Assembly (NCBI GenBank): GCA_030770535.1
Contig: JASVEC010000010.1
Location: 310,001-374,000, forward strand
Origin: Batkoa obscura
Lineage: Eukaryota
Length of the DNA: 64,000 bases
Reading direction: 5' to 3'
Part shown: piece by piece, positions 12,918 through 26,123 of the stretch
How positions within the stretch are numbered: position 1 is the first letter of the stretch
How the letters are laid out: every line of letters starts with the position of its first letter
Notes under the pieces: model-generated
What the model was told of the DNA's origin: nothing
Seen by the model: only the letters and a program-made list of their open reading frames with translations
The model's database searches: none
Program-made: the position numbers and the translations under genes

Positions 12918-14852
12918 CTTTTATAACTTTAAAAAAACAAAAAAAATAATGAATGAACAAAGAAATAAAACAATATAACAAAAACAAATTGATTGTATTC
13001 AAATTAAATTTTGTATTGAATTAATTAAATGTCTAATTCAAGAACTTTTCATTACACCTTTTAACATGATTCAGCGGGGACAGCGGCCAATTAAATTAAG
13101 AATATATCTTGGCACTTAAACTGATTTGGTTTTGAAAGTTACCCGCTACTGAACAGTTACCTCTTTTGTCTTTTCCTAATTGTGGCTTGAATTAATAGTA
13201 TCTTTCTTCATTTTACCCCATTTAACTGCTTAATTTTTATTTAAAGGATGTGAGAATAAACTATCAAGCATTATTGGTCAACTTTGTAACTTAATAACCA
13301 GAATTTATTAGATTTTGTTTGTTTAACGAATGATACCAAGGGTATGATATAAAATAATGAATTCATTGGGCCGCTGTTATCTACAAGTTCAGTCAGCTTT
13401 TCATTAAATGTTGAAATCTCCTGTTTACTTCTAAAAGTCTTAATCGATCATATTCCGATGACAATACGTTAGAATAATTCCTTTTATCACTTTACCTTAT
13501 CACTGGAACGGATTCTATTATAAGTTTGATTGGTTTACTAATCATAAAGTATCTACAGAGGTTTTAATTCATTATTTTTGGTAATAATCTATTTATTGGA
13601 GTAACTTATTAGATAACTATTTTTAATTCATTGCAAAATTTATAGAATAATTACACAATCATTGATCAATGTACTATAATACAATAATCCCTTTTTACTC
13701 TACTGCTTAAAGATAGCTAATTGAAGTTAGCTGATTATTTTAATATTTTTAAACTGCTATTCAAGTGTTCTCACTTCACAGCTGATTTATTATGCTAAAT
13801 TATAAAAGTTCTAAAATTTCACTATCCCTTTATTTTTGAGGTTAAACAATCGAAAAATCACAGGGATTTAGCTCAAGTGATTTATTGCACTTTTTGCGCT
13901 TTGCCTAAAAAGTTGTTAAGTTTATTTATTTAAAAAGAATAATTTATTATTAAAAATCCTCTAAGCTTAACTTTATTAAAAAATCCAAAACTACAGAATA
14001 ATTTATTATATTTATAAATAAGTTTTATATATTATAAATAAATTTTACTTAATTTCTTATTTTATTAATAGAATTATAAAGAGCTTTTATACTTTCATCT
14101 TTCTACTTTGTCAGCACTCATTCTACTTTTGATTTTTTTTATATTTACTGGCTTCAGAAATAAACTGTGCGAACATTTAATTTTAGTAATTAAAACTGAT
14201 TTGAGATAAAGATAATTTCTGAGCAAGCATGTATCTTTTCGCAATTCTCATTTTTGTTTCAAAATGTTCCATAAAAATTTGCTTTAATTTGTTCTGAGTA
14301 ATTCTCAATTTTATTTTGATAAAAAGTGCTTAAGTTTGATAATAGCAATTTTGAGAAAATATAAAACAAGGTTGATTAAATTCATTTTGTTGTATAATTT
14401 TGGGAGGACTTAATTAAACTTCATTTATACACCATTTCCAATCCAATTTTCCTGGGGTGGAAACGCTGTACTAACTAAATTAAGTGAATTACAAATAATG
14501 ATTTTCTTCAATATTTATTGATGCTTTTATACTTTTTATAAGTTAGAATTAATAGTTTTGAATTTAAAAATAAATTTTCTTAAAATAGTTATTTTCTATA
14601 AGAAGCTTTTATAAATAATTATTATATTATAGTTTTTTTAAATCAAAATATAAATATGAAACTAAGCAAAAACTCTAGTCCGATAGTATATTATTTTTAA
14701 TACTGGTTATTTATTATAGCTATTACTATTTAAAGAAATCCTTTAAAAACTTTTTTATAAATCATTGAAATTTTCTTTAATAACTTCAGTTCCTTTATAA
14801 AAAGTGGTAAGAGTACTAAACTGTATTGCCAAAGCTTTTTACTCCAAAATAT

Positions 14853-14948
14853 GGAGATGTATTTTGTATTTAAGAATTTTAGTAACAATTTTTCCACTCA
14901 AATAGTGCTTAAAAAATGGAAAAAGTGATGAAGCCAAAAAAACATCCC
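14853..14948 (+). mobile_element. MITE family A copy
   Basis: GGAGATG...CATCCC plus core. Confidence 0.85.
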
Positions 14949-16637
14949 ATTTAAAGCTTTTTAATGAAAATAGTTCGCTGTTGTGATCTATAATTTCTTA
15001 TACTTTAAATAAAAAGCCATAATTATTTACCTGAAAACAATAGAATTAAAAAGCGTGAATATACTTTTTTTTGAAATACTGCTTTATAATAAGAAAATGA
15101 AAATGAGATGACATTTGAAACTTTTAATGTTTTACATAAAATGCTACAAATAATATTATAAAAGCCTTTTCAATTCAATAAGTTGACAATTTTATTTTAC
15201 ACTACATTAAAAATGAGTAGAAAGTAAAACAAAATGATGCTTCTCTTCTAAGCTTTTGGGCATTTTTCAAAAAAAATTCACATTAGCTTAGATTCCCATA
15301 GTTTTATAAAATTCTTGAAAATTAAAAGCCCAGACCTTTTATTGGTCAAAATAAAAAATTGCTAAAAAAGAAATGTTTTTAAAAAAACAGTTCAAGGGGA
15401 TATCAAGAAGGTTAGTTAAGGAGCATTTTAAAAAAACTTACCCATAGCTCTTTTGAGTATCTCAAACCTTAAAAGCCTCCAGGAAAACTATGAAGGCTTT
15501 TACCCAAACTAATTACCAACTTATAAACTTACTGCTATCTAAAGAAATTCAATCAATTTTGATTGTTCTATTTATCTATATAGAAAAAACACCTGATTTA
15601 ATTAAAATGAAATTTTAAAAATATAGTTAATATTATTGATATCAGTTTATATTAATCCAAGGCATATTGGTTTTTGTGTTTATCAATTTTACTAGCTTGA
15701 ATTGGCATATCATATAACATAGAATGTAGATACAATGATTCTAGCAATTACAACTTGTAATAAAATATTTAATTGAGAATTTCTTAAATCGGTTAAGGGT
15801 AAAGAGGGTAATAAATGTGAGTAAATTACAATAGAACCAAAAAAACAGCAAATAGCAATAACAGAATTTGCAGAAAAAACAATTATTTAGCCTACTTTAA
15901 TTTCGGCTAATAATATGATTGGTTGTGACTTGTGTATTGATGAAGATGGTGACTTTTACAATCAAATTCAAATATCTTTTCATACACTCTCAACTAATCA
16001 TCTTTATAATCATGAGTGCATGATAAACCAATAAACTGCTAATATCTTTACGATTTATTATATTACCGTTAATTTTAATCCAAAAACTTATTACTTAACT
16101 ACTATTAATTAATTAAAATGGACGATTTATTATGAAAATAAAATATTAATAAAGCCACTATTATCACTATTATACTATTATGATCATTAATATTTACTTA
16201 TATATCTTATAGTACTACATATAATAATACTATTTTTATTAATAAATTAATATTATTAATATTAGTATTAACTTATTTAACTTTGCAATTCTCATATGGA
16301 CCATAATAAAAGCTATTATCCATTTGCCCAAACCAATGATTTAAGTTAAAATCCAAAAATAACAACTGATTAATAAATTCAGCTAATCAATATCTACTAT
16401 TTTTCTAATTTCATCCAATAAAAGTCGACGACAATACCCTCCTCTAAGCCATTTTGAAACCAAAATATCGCTCACTAAAGAATCACAATTTATTCAAGAT
16501 TAGAAAAATGAAAAAAGCAAAATTTATAAATTTATAAATTATAGTTTCTCATTCCATTTCATCTTTCAACTTATCTAAACTGATTTTATCGTACCTGTGC
16601 AGTCAACAACTAACTTGAACCTGAACTATCATTATAA

Positions 16638-17120
16638 ATGTCGACCTCTGTAAGTAATCCTACCTCAAGAACTACCAACCTTGAACCTATAACTAGTAAC
16701 GCTTTTGATTTAAGTATCAACAAACTCAAGGCATCCAGCTCCAAAGATTTGTGTAAGAAAGTCTTGGTTATCAATTCAATGGACAACATGATGGACCAAA
16801 CGGTAATGAGTCGAGCACAGCTAATGACAAGTAAATTTCGCTCAAAAAAAGAGTGGCGCAAGTACTTATTTGACGAGTTTGTAAACCAAGAAGAGGTTGA
16901 AAAGTTTCAATTGAATACTTGCTTCAAGGTTATAAACAAACCCGCTTATACAATTGATTCTTTATCCTTACTCTTCGATTGCTTACAAATTACCCATAAA
17001 AGAAATGGCAATACTAATAAAGTAAATACTGCCCCATCTCGCTCAGTTAAGAATAGAACTATCGGTAAAGACCGTCGTCCAAAGAGTTTTAAGAATAGTG
17101 GTAAGAGAATTTGCAATTAA
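16638..17120 (+). CDS. SERTA-like motif protein
   Basis: 160-aa intronless ORF; FDLSINKLKASSSKDLCKKVLVINSM resembles the SERTA pattern (S.KL....L.r.VLi.N). Confidence 0.55.
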   Translation: MSTSVSNPTSRTTNLEPITSNAFDLSINKLKASSSKDLCKKVLVINSMDNMMDQTVMSRAQLMTSKFRSKKEWRKYLFDEFVNQEEVEKFQLNTCFKVINKPAYTIDSLSLLFDCLQITHKRNGNTNKVNTAPSRSVKNRTIGKDRRPKSFKNSGKRICN

Positions 17121-18218
17121 GGGTATGTGAATTGTTATTTATTATAAGTAATAAGGGGATGGCGCTAAGGTGGTAACTTGGCACCATACCCGTTTTTAAT
17201 TGTGAAATATCTTATCGTTTTGAAATTTTATTAATAACTTTGACTTGTGTTTTGTAATAACCTTCTTTCTATTTGTCTCTTCAACTATTAATTAAAAGGT
17301 GATTTTATTTATCTATATCCTATTCTATCCATTCGTTTATTGTAAATTGTGTCTTTATAATAAATATAATTATTATATTAAAATACACGTATTTTTTTAC
17401 TATTTATTTATTATTTATTTATCTAGTGTCAAGTAGTTAAGCTTATATATTCTATTTTACTATAAATATTTTGTAGAGGATAGTTAGTATGATAGGTATA
17501 TCCTTAATACTTTATGTTTAACTATGATGGTATGGCTTCAATAGTATAGACAAAGACAACAACATGATGGTTGATTAGGGGTATCTAAATCATGTGCTTA
17601 GTAAAAAATCAGTCAAAGTTTTATTCTTTGGGTAAATTTTTATATGATATTTTCCCAAAGGAATAAGAAATAAGAAATAAGATAGTTTGAATTAAAGTAA
17701 TACAAAAGAGTAAAATTGAAGTTTGAGCTTTATTTATTAAGTTGTTTAAAGTATTGTTTTAACTCTCTTATTAAAATATTAGTATTATAAGTTAAATCAC
17801 AAATATTATGATGGAAAGACTTTATTAGTAAAATTAATAAAATAAAATTTAAATGTAATAACAGAATTAATAAGAATAGTAGTTTTAACTAGAATCAACG
17901 ATAAATAGAAAATTGAAATAGAATTTTTTTTATGCCTCAATTAAAGACAACTCGTTCTTTATAACTTGGTCATCTGATTGGAAGGTAAATAAAGTAAGAT
18001 TTCATCCTTATATTATTAATTCTTTTTATTAATCAATTTATTTTCTTATTTATTAGATGAACAAAGTTGTACTTTAAATGCGTAGTATTTCTGAGGTTTT
18101 TTAAACTATATTTTATTATCCCTTTTCAAAGTTAAAATGGGTATTATAAATGTAATACTAGCTACTATTTAATTTTAAACTGAGAATGATTTAAAGTTGA
18201 GTAAAATTATTATAATTT

Positions 18219-18315
18219 GGGGATGTATTTTGTATTTGAGAATTTTAGTAACAATTTTTCCACTCAAATAGTGCTTAAAAAATGAAAAAATGATGAAGCT
18301 AGAAAAAACATCCCC
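18219..18315 (+). mobile_element. MITE family A copy
   Basis: ATTT|GGGGATG...CATCCCC|ATTT (4-bp TSD). Confidence 0.88.
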
Positions 18316-18556
18316 ATTTAATAAAGCTTTAATGATAAAATCTTAATTTTCTAGTAATTTCAATTTCAAACTGCGAGAATTTTAGCATGGTCAAATTCCT
18401 ATTAGATCATTTTCTATAAAAAATAAATTGAGAGTAATTTTAGATGACTATCAAAACAGTGACAATCAATGATTATCAAAAAAAATAAAGGGCAATGAAT
18501 TTGAACAAATTTTAGTTTACATTTTTATTTTACGTTATACTGTTATATTTTAAACT

Positions 18557-19426
18557 ATGAAGTCTATTCCTTTTGTCACTCTTGTCTTGCTAAACTTAAT
18601 TGTAGCAGAATCTATTCCTAGTTCTAATACATTTAATAATTTGAACCATGCAGTTGATAATAATCAAATTCAATTTACAGATTCTGAGAATCGAATTTCA
18701 TTTGATGAAAACCATATAAATAAATCAAATTCAGTTACAAAAAGGATATTAAACAATAATAAAAAAGATTCAGATTTATTAGGAGAAGAGGAAGTAGAAG
18801 AGGAAGTAGAAGAGAAAGGAGAGGAGGAAGAGGTAAAAAAAGTCCATGAAAAGAAGGCCAGGCTAAAGTTGCCTGGTTTAAAGCTGTCAGTAAAGTTTAC
18901 CCCAGAAAGACTTGAGGAGCTCCTTAATGGCCAATTTAACTTAAAATTATTTGGCATTAAGCCAGCAGTTACTAATTTGATCTTTAAAACAGCCTTAACT
19001 CAATTTCATAACTTGCAAGTTCATATAGTCGACCTTGGGCTTTCGACTTTTTATAAATTCAATTCTTTTTTTATTGACAACATATTTAGTGTTTATATAA
19101 ACATAGCTGCCCGTCTTACTAAGAATGAAAAACCACAGCAACATCATTTTCTTGAACATCATCCACAATTAGCTGAATACCTTGCAGTTCTCCTCCGCCA
19201 TCATTCTGGGATTTTTAATGGTCGTTTTGGTGGTCATATTAGAAACACTCTTGCAAAGGCCAAGAAAAGATCACCTCAAGCCTATGGAAAATATATTCAA
19301 CATCTCGATAATGTGTTTGCAGATAACCCTATTATTCCTAGCGATATTTATAACAGTATTGTTCATAATGAGGTTGGGGAGGATGGTGGAGAAGTTGTTC
19401 ATGACTTTGAGGATGATAAAATTTAA
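18557..19426 (+). CDS. Secreted protein of unknown function with a Glu-rich tract
   Basis: 289-aa ORF; signal peptide MKSIPFVTLVLLNLIVA; EEEVEEEVEEKGEEEE tract; no cysteines. Confidence 0.75.
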   Translation: MKSIPFVTLVLLNLIVAESIPSSNTFNNLNHAVDNNQIQFTDSENRISFDENHINKSNSVTKRILNNNKKDSDLLGEEEVEEEVEEKGEEEEVKKVHEKKARLKLPGLKLSVKFTPERLEELLNGQFNLKLFGIKPAVTNLIFKTALTQFHNLQVHIVDLGLSTFYKFNSFFIDNIFSVYINIAARLTKNEKPQQHHFLEHHPQLAEYLAVLLRHHSGIFNGRFGGHIRNTLAKAKKRSPQAYGKYIQHLDNVFADNPIIPSDIYNSIVHNEVGEDGGEVVHDFEDDKI

Positions 19427-19768
19427 ATAAAGCTATTTTTACTATATGCCAATAGTGCGGCTTTGTATTATGCCTATGATCCCTTGGAAAATAGATTTTA
19501 AAAATAATTGAAACTATTGTATATAGATAATAAAGTACTAGCAAAAAAATTCTAACTGCTTTTATTGTTGTGATTGTCTCATTTACTTCTTGTATAATTA
19601 AATATCAAATAAAGTTTACATCATTATTTGATATCACACTTTATCGGCTTTAAATTCGTATTGTAAAATATGTTAACTTAAATCAAATTTTAACTATCAC
19701 TTTACACTACCCCCAGCAGTAATAACGATGAATAGCCTACAATCAAATCCTGATTTTTGATCTCAATT

Positions 19769-20606
19769 TCAATCCTTGTTAAAGCTCAAACTTTGGTAAG
19801 AGTGGTGTTTATTCAGTCCAGGAAAACCCATAATAGGTTGTGGAGGATTAGGCAAAGAGCTAGCATCCTCAATAAAATCAGAATACTGTACTTGGTTCAA
19901 AGCTGCATTAATTTCCATAGCCAATTCAGCATTTGATCGAAGCTTAGAATTACTTAGCAATGGATTATACGTCCGATCAATGGGACCATCAAAGGAAGGA
20001 TTAGCCAATATTATGGTGGATGTATTAATGCCCCTTATTGTGCTTGCTTGTTGATAATTTTTTATTCTATTTTGGGACATATTGCTAGAACCATAATAAG
20101 ATAAATACAATTCGTCCAAATATTGACGATACGCTTTCCAGTTGCCGCGGATATCATTAGGAGATAATAATTGAGGGATGAAAGAAAGGATTATGTAACA
20201 TAAACCAGAGGAGGCTACAAAGTAGCATGCTATGACATTCATTTCATTGCTCTTTTGATAGATTATTAAGGAGAATAGTATATAACATAGACCTCGCCCT
20301 CGAAAGGTGGATAGGAATCGGAAGTAATGGACGATTAATGGGTCGGTATAGATTTCGTTGATTAGTAATAATAAGCTAAATGCGCTAGAATTTTCTAAGT
20401 TTAGTATCAATTCAAAATTACTATTAATTAATTATTAGTTACCAAGATATCCCATTAAATATAATTACGTTCTCTATCTGACCGATGATGGTTAATATAG
20501 AAGCAGCGGCTATGACTCCATAAACTATAAAATTCCAAAAATTGAACAAGAGCAGTAGAGTATATATATTAAAATAGTTTAATAATTTGGATGTCTTTTG
20601 TTTCAT
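19769..20606 (-). CDS. TVP15/COPI-associated Golgi membrane protein family (2 exons)
   Basis: Exon 1 MKQKTSKLLNYF... (20606-~20443); exon 2 has the YFRFLSTFRGRGLCYILFS motif and several TM helices. Confidence 0.7.
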
Positions 20607-23600
20607 ATCAACTAATTAAAAAAAAGAAATGGTAAGAATGAAAAATCTGTTTTCTTTTGGTTTATTTATTTATTTTTATAACTTTTTATCAACAATGACA
20701 TTTTAGTTCCGTTATTGACCTTTAGCGCTCACTTGCAATTTTAATAAACTTAAAAAAATTGTTGGCCAATCATTTTATATAATTTTCTTAAGTTTAATTT
20801 TTCAAAAAAGAAGATAGAAAATTTGAAGTTCTAGACTAGATTGAAAATTCCAAAGTTTATTAAATACAATGCCACTGTAAACTGATAAACTCGAAGTTAA
20901 ATTGCTTGTTTTTATTTCTTACCCTTATTAAATATACACTTCATGATTTATATATGCCATATTGACCTGTTATTACAAGTAGCAACGTTATCAAATTATA
21001 ATAAAATAATATAAAAATGGACTTAAAATGAATCTTTTAGTTTCGAATAAAGTAAGTTCAAATTTTACCTTCAGTTTTAAACTTTACTTTTTTAAGTGAT
21101 TCCCATTTTTCCCAATTTATGAAAAAATGAATTGTTCATATCTAGTTATAATAATATAACGGATCTACAGTTTTATCCACTTCAAACATACAATTCAAAG
21201 TTTTTATTAATAATCTAAAAACAAAAGGTTTTCTAAAAAAGCTATTCTAAATTTGTGAAATATTGTCAATAAACCAAGACTAAATTTTTGCAATTTTCTC
21301 ACGCTTTTGCAAAAGGTGACGTTCAAAAAGCTACTCCAAATAGAGCATGAGTTAGATGGCAAAGGAAACATGATTAAATATTATGTAGATTTGAAGCTAA
21401 GGTTGAAATATTGGATTTATGTTTTGATTTAGTGATATAATCTTTATGTTATTTTAAGTTAAAAAAACCTATAGAAAATGTAGCAGTGCATTAAAATCTA
21501 CGATTTTTGAAAATTATAAGGATTTCATCATACGTTGATATAATTAGTTACACCTTCAAAGGACTATCTGCTATCAGCTTATATTTATGGAATTTAAATC
21601 TTATAACAAGATTTTAAAAGTACACATCAATGATAGCAGTAATAATTTGTATATAAAAATACTTTATGGAAGATGCTTGAAGAGTCTTTGGATTGATAAG
21701 ACGATCATAAGATTCAGTGAGCTTGCTTCTTATACAAAAGGTTTATAAAATACTATAAGCTAGGAAATTTTACTATTGTCTTAGATGAAACATAGTAAAA
21801 TCATAGGCTATTGCTGTCTAAAAAAGATAACAGTTCTAGAAAGCATTCTTCATTTGATCCTAAGATAGGTAATATAAAGTTTAACATTAAGCTTGTATCT
21901 ATGTTTAAATCCACTAGCTCATTAAATATTACAATAAAAGGAATAATTTTAAGAAGCAAGAGGTAATATAAGGGAATTTATTAAAGAAATCCTCATTAGA
22001 GTCAAAAAAATTAATTAAATAGATATCTCTATCAATCACCAAAATCATTAAATCATAAATAAAAATGTCGAAATACTTTATAAATTCTATGAGATTATAT
22101 TATAAATTTTCTTTTCTTTTCGGATGTTTATTTAATATCAGAAATATGAGCTGAAAATTACAACCAGTTTAATAACTGGTAAGATACGCCAATATATATT
22201 GTTTTTTGTTACATAATACTATAGCGCATGGGGCTCTTTACGTTATTTTTGAATATACTAAAGTCCATTCAGTTTTTTCTATTGGTTTTGCCATTTAGAA
22301 TAATTCCAAAACACCCATTTAATTTTCTTTACATTATAAGCGACATTTAACCAAATAGCCCTAGTTACTTTCTCTAACTTCTTAAAAGTTGTCAAAGCCT
22401 TCCTCTATAGTGACCACCAAATACGATCAACCTAAGCTTATAATTAAAATCACCACTCCAAATGGTATTGAATCAACTATCAGCCCCTATAAGAGTTTAA
22501 AAACTGAATGTATTCTTAGTGAGGTAAAAACTTAAATAGGATGGTTTATCCGACACTCACATTCTTTCCGAAGGGATTACTACCATTAAAGTTTTCATTT
22601 TCAGAACTAAAGGACGAATCTGATAAAAGAGCCAGAAATAAACTTTTATTCGTTTTTTTACCAACTACTGGCACTATAAGTCTTAGTATTGATTTTTTAC
22701 AAATATAATCTTATCCATACTCATACCTTTGTTAATATTTTCAAAATTTATTCTTTAAGTCTCGATTTTACTATAGCCTAAAATGGGTGTACTTGCTAAT
22801 AATTAATCCGGTTTGATTTTAGAAAACGTGCTGTGATTAAAACCAATGATCCATCGACTTATTTCCATTATTATTTCAGTACCATCAGTTATCAAGAACT
22901 CGCGAATACACATGTTAAAGTTACTGTCAAACTTCTGAGAGTAGGAAAATCGCTGTCAACTTGATTGAGCACGAAGTTGGTGCCAAACATTTCATTGAAC
23001 TTAGTGGCTTTATTAAGGATAAAATCAGAAACCTTGGCAAACTTGGTTTAGCTTGTACTTAAAAGGGTATATAAGGAATTAAGCTTGTTGGTGCTGGGCC
23101 ATTTGTTACTACTAGGGTTAATGAACGATCCCATAAAAGAGGCTTTAGCTTTACTTTTAGAAACTAATTTTTAGTATCAAAATAAAACATACTATTTTAA
23201 CATAACAAAACTCTATCGTTTTATTTGCATCAATAACAGCTAATTATATTATATAAAACTTAAAAGTATATTTAAAAAAGCGGTAACAAATGATTAAAAA
23301 TAGTTATAATCTTCTTTACCATCTTATATTTGTTATTTTGGAGTAACAAATACTATCTTAGTAACTTGCTTTTTAGTAAGCATTTATAGTTTAACAAAAG
23401 AATTAGATTTAAAATGTCTATCAAAGATTATAATAAACAGCTGTTGATAAAAACCTTCAATATTTTTAATAATTGATTAAGTTTTACACTTGATGATAAA
23501 TCTGATTTACTACTATCTAAAGTAGTTCATATGTAATTAAAAGGTAATTAAATTAAAGGGTAAAATACATAATGTGTTGATTTTAAGTTAAAAGCAAAAC

Positions 23601-23895
23601 AATGGATTTAGTTTTCTTTTAGATACCTTATTAGTGATTTATCTTTTTTGACCTGAAAACTACATATTTAGTATAATTGAAATTGTGGTTAGGATGCTCA
23701 TAAGTGACAATCATGCTTGCATTATTATAGTTCATACAACTTTGTATAGACAAGCATGTATTTTTAATAACGTCATATAAATTTCTTGCTATTCTGACGT
23801 TCAAAGCTGAGCCATTAGCAACTTTTCGTACCTATTAAGAGGAGTCGTTATTATGTTTAAATATTACATATCCATTCAATACCCCATTACTATTT

Positions 23896-24210
23896 CTATC
23901 TTTGTAAATAGTGAGAGGCATTTATCCTAAACGTAGATCCAGATGACTGATACTGTAATCTCCCATCCTTTGGAACTTGCACGAAGCCTCCAACAGCCTT
24001 ACAGTCTATTTTAGTATACTCACCATGGCTGACTCTATGAATCTGACTGTTACTCTTATCTTCAGACCACCACTTTGAGTTGGATTCTACCTCTTTAAAG
24101 CATGAAATGATAAAGACAGCGAGGACAAATTTATTTAAATGAATACAAAAATAGAATACTAAGGCTATATAATATGCTATCGAATAATGGTAGCTCCTTA
24201 TTTTCATCAT
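23896..24210 (-). pseudogene. Possible small secreted protein gene or its remnant
   Basis: 104-codon ORF in a locally GC-richer patch; HLNKFVLAVFIISCFKEVES looks like a signal peptide; no family recognised. Confidence 0.3.
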
Positions 24211-24314
24211 TTGTCCTAGACCAATGTGTCTTTTTTAATTGTTAAATTCCTTAATTCCTTAACATAACAATTGATTTTATGCATGTTACTATTTGCAACC
24301 ATCGTTAACTATAT

Positions 24315-24413
24315 GGGAGTGTTTTTTTTGACTTCATTATTTTTTCCATTTTTTAAGCGCTATTCAAGCGGAAAATTTGTTAGTAAAATTCTTAAGCACA
24401 AAAATACATCCCC
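24315..24413 (-). mobile_element. MITE family A copy
   Basis: ATAT|GGGAGTG...CATCCCC|ATAT. Confidence 0.85.
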
Positions 24414-24646
24414 ATATCTTTCTCTTAATTTTCCTTTCTATATCTTCTTTCTTTTGTTTATTTTATAAACACCTGGGTTTTGGCTTTCAAGCATTTTCTA
24501 TAAAATGAGTATTATTGTTAACCTGATTAAGTAAAATATAGTTATATATAGCTAATGAGGTTGCTTTATAAATGCTTTTAAAACATTCATTATTTTAAAA
24601 AGTATTATCTCGAATCTTATAATACCAAATTTGGTAATATATATCT

Positions 24647-24733
24647 GGGGATGTATTATTTTAAACTTTGCTAGTAATTTTCCTATTCAAATGGGGTTTA
24701 AAAAATGGAAAAAGTGATGAAACCAAAAAACCC
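24647..24733 (+). mobile_element. MITE family A copy (degenerate)
   Basis: GGGGATG start and 3' core. Confidence 0.7.
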
Positions 24734-26123
24734 TTATTTATTGAACTTTGATTTTTTGAATTCTTGAAAGGGCGAAGCTTCAAGTAGTTTAATAAAAAGC
24801 AAAACCACATAAGATAAATGGAACAGGCAGATGAGATATGACTTTTGATTTATTAACTTGTTTGTTTGTAGGAAATCTAGTTAATTTCTAAGAACATCGT
24901 TTTTGCTAAGGTAGTTTTAATTCTATAAAAAAGGATTTTATTTAATGTTATATAAAAAACTAATTGATAAATGCAATAGTCGTATCTAAATCTTGCTCCT
25001 GTTTAAATCAAGTAATCTATTGTTTTATTATATCAATATTCTAATACATCCTTTCATTTCAGTCATATACGTATTAAAAGATTATATTCGCTGCTAATAT
25101 TAAGTTAAACATCAAGCAAGGCATCCAAGGCATTGATGCATTAAGAAAAACTAAAGGGTTGATGTTAACCTAATATATTTAGAAATATAATGTATTAACG
25201 TAGATTATTCCTTATATACCCAAACCAATTAAAATCAATTTGATGTTTGATATTTCTTAATAATAATATTATATCCATGTGATTTTTTATTTATTTTAAA
25301 ATGTTAAAAAAGTTACTTCATTATTAGTTGACTGTTAATTTTTTTTGAAAGGATTGAAAATGTTCAATTACCTATAAAATACGCTATGAAAATTACAGTG
25401 ACATCTGATGGATTAGTTGCTTTTGTAGGCTATTTGAAAGATTTGTGATAAAAAGTACAACATGATAAATAATGTAAAGTACATCTTAATTAAATAGTAA
25501 GGTTGGTATTTATTAATACTATAATTGAGATTAAATTAAATTTCAAAATTATCATTAAAATTAAAATTAATGTTGGCTCTAGAATAGGATCAATGATTAT
25601 ATTAGTTCCAGAGTCCAAACTAATGTTAATGTTAATGTTATAATTAAGAGATTTTTTATTATAAACTTAAATTTTTGTTAGATTATTATTTTTAACTAAG
25701 ATATAATAATAAAATTTAGAATTCTTATCCTTGTTTATGAGGAGTACTAACAAACAAATAACTATAAAACCAAAGTATTCTTCGACTAAACTTTAGTCAA
25801 TGAGTTAAAGTCATTATTTAATAGTAGTCCTGTAGCTCTTAAATCTGACTGCTTGATAAATGCAAAATTTTTAAATAGGCTTCAATTTTCGTTGCAAATT
25901 TTTGAACCGATAAATGTGTTTAAAAAACCATTTTCACTAACAATCCTATTCCAAAAATTTAAATCCAAAAAAACAATGCAATTTAATTGGTTTAAAAGTT
26001 GAGAAAATTTTTAAATTTTGTTCAGACATGGGGAGCGTAAAATTTTATCAAAAGTAGTGAATATACTCCTTTCTCTTTCACTCCTTTTGGACGATAATAA
26101 AGTATTTGATTTGTCTATTAAAA

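Noticed and set aside
24271..24468. Short ORFs with KILKxKNTSP-like peptides (also 31564-31839, and 57258-57557 on the opposite MITE strand)
   Set aside because: Chance reading through MITE family A copies.
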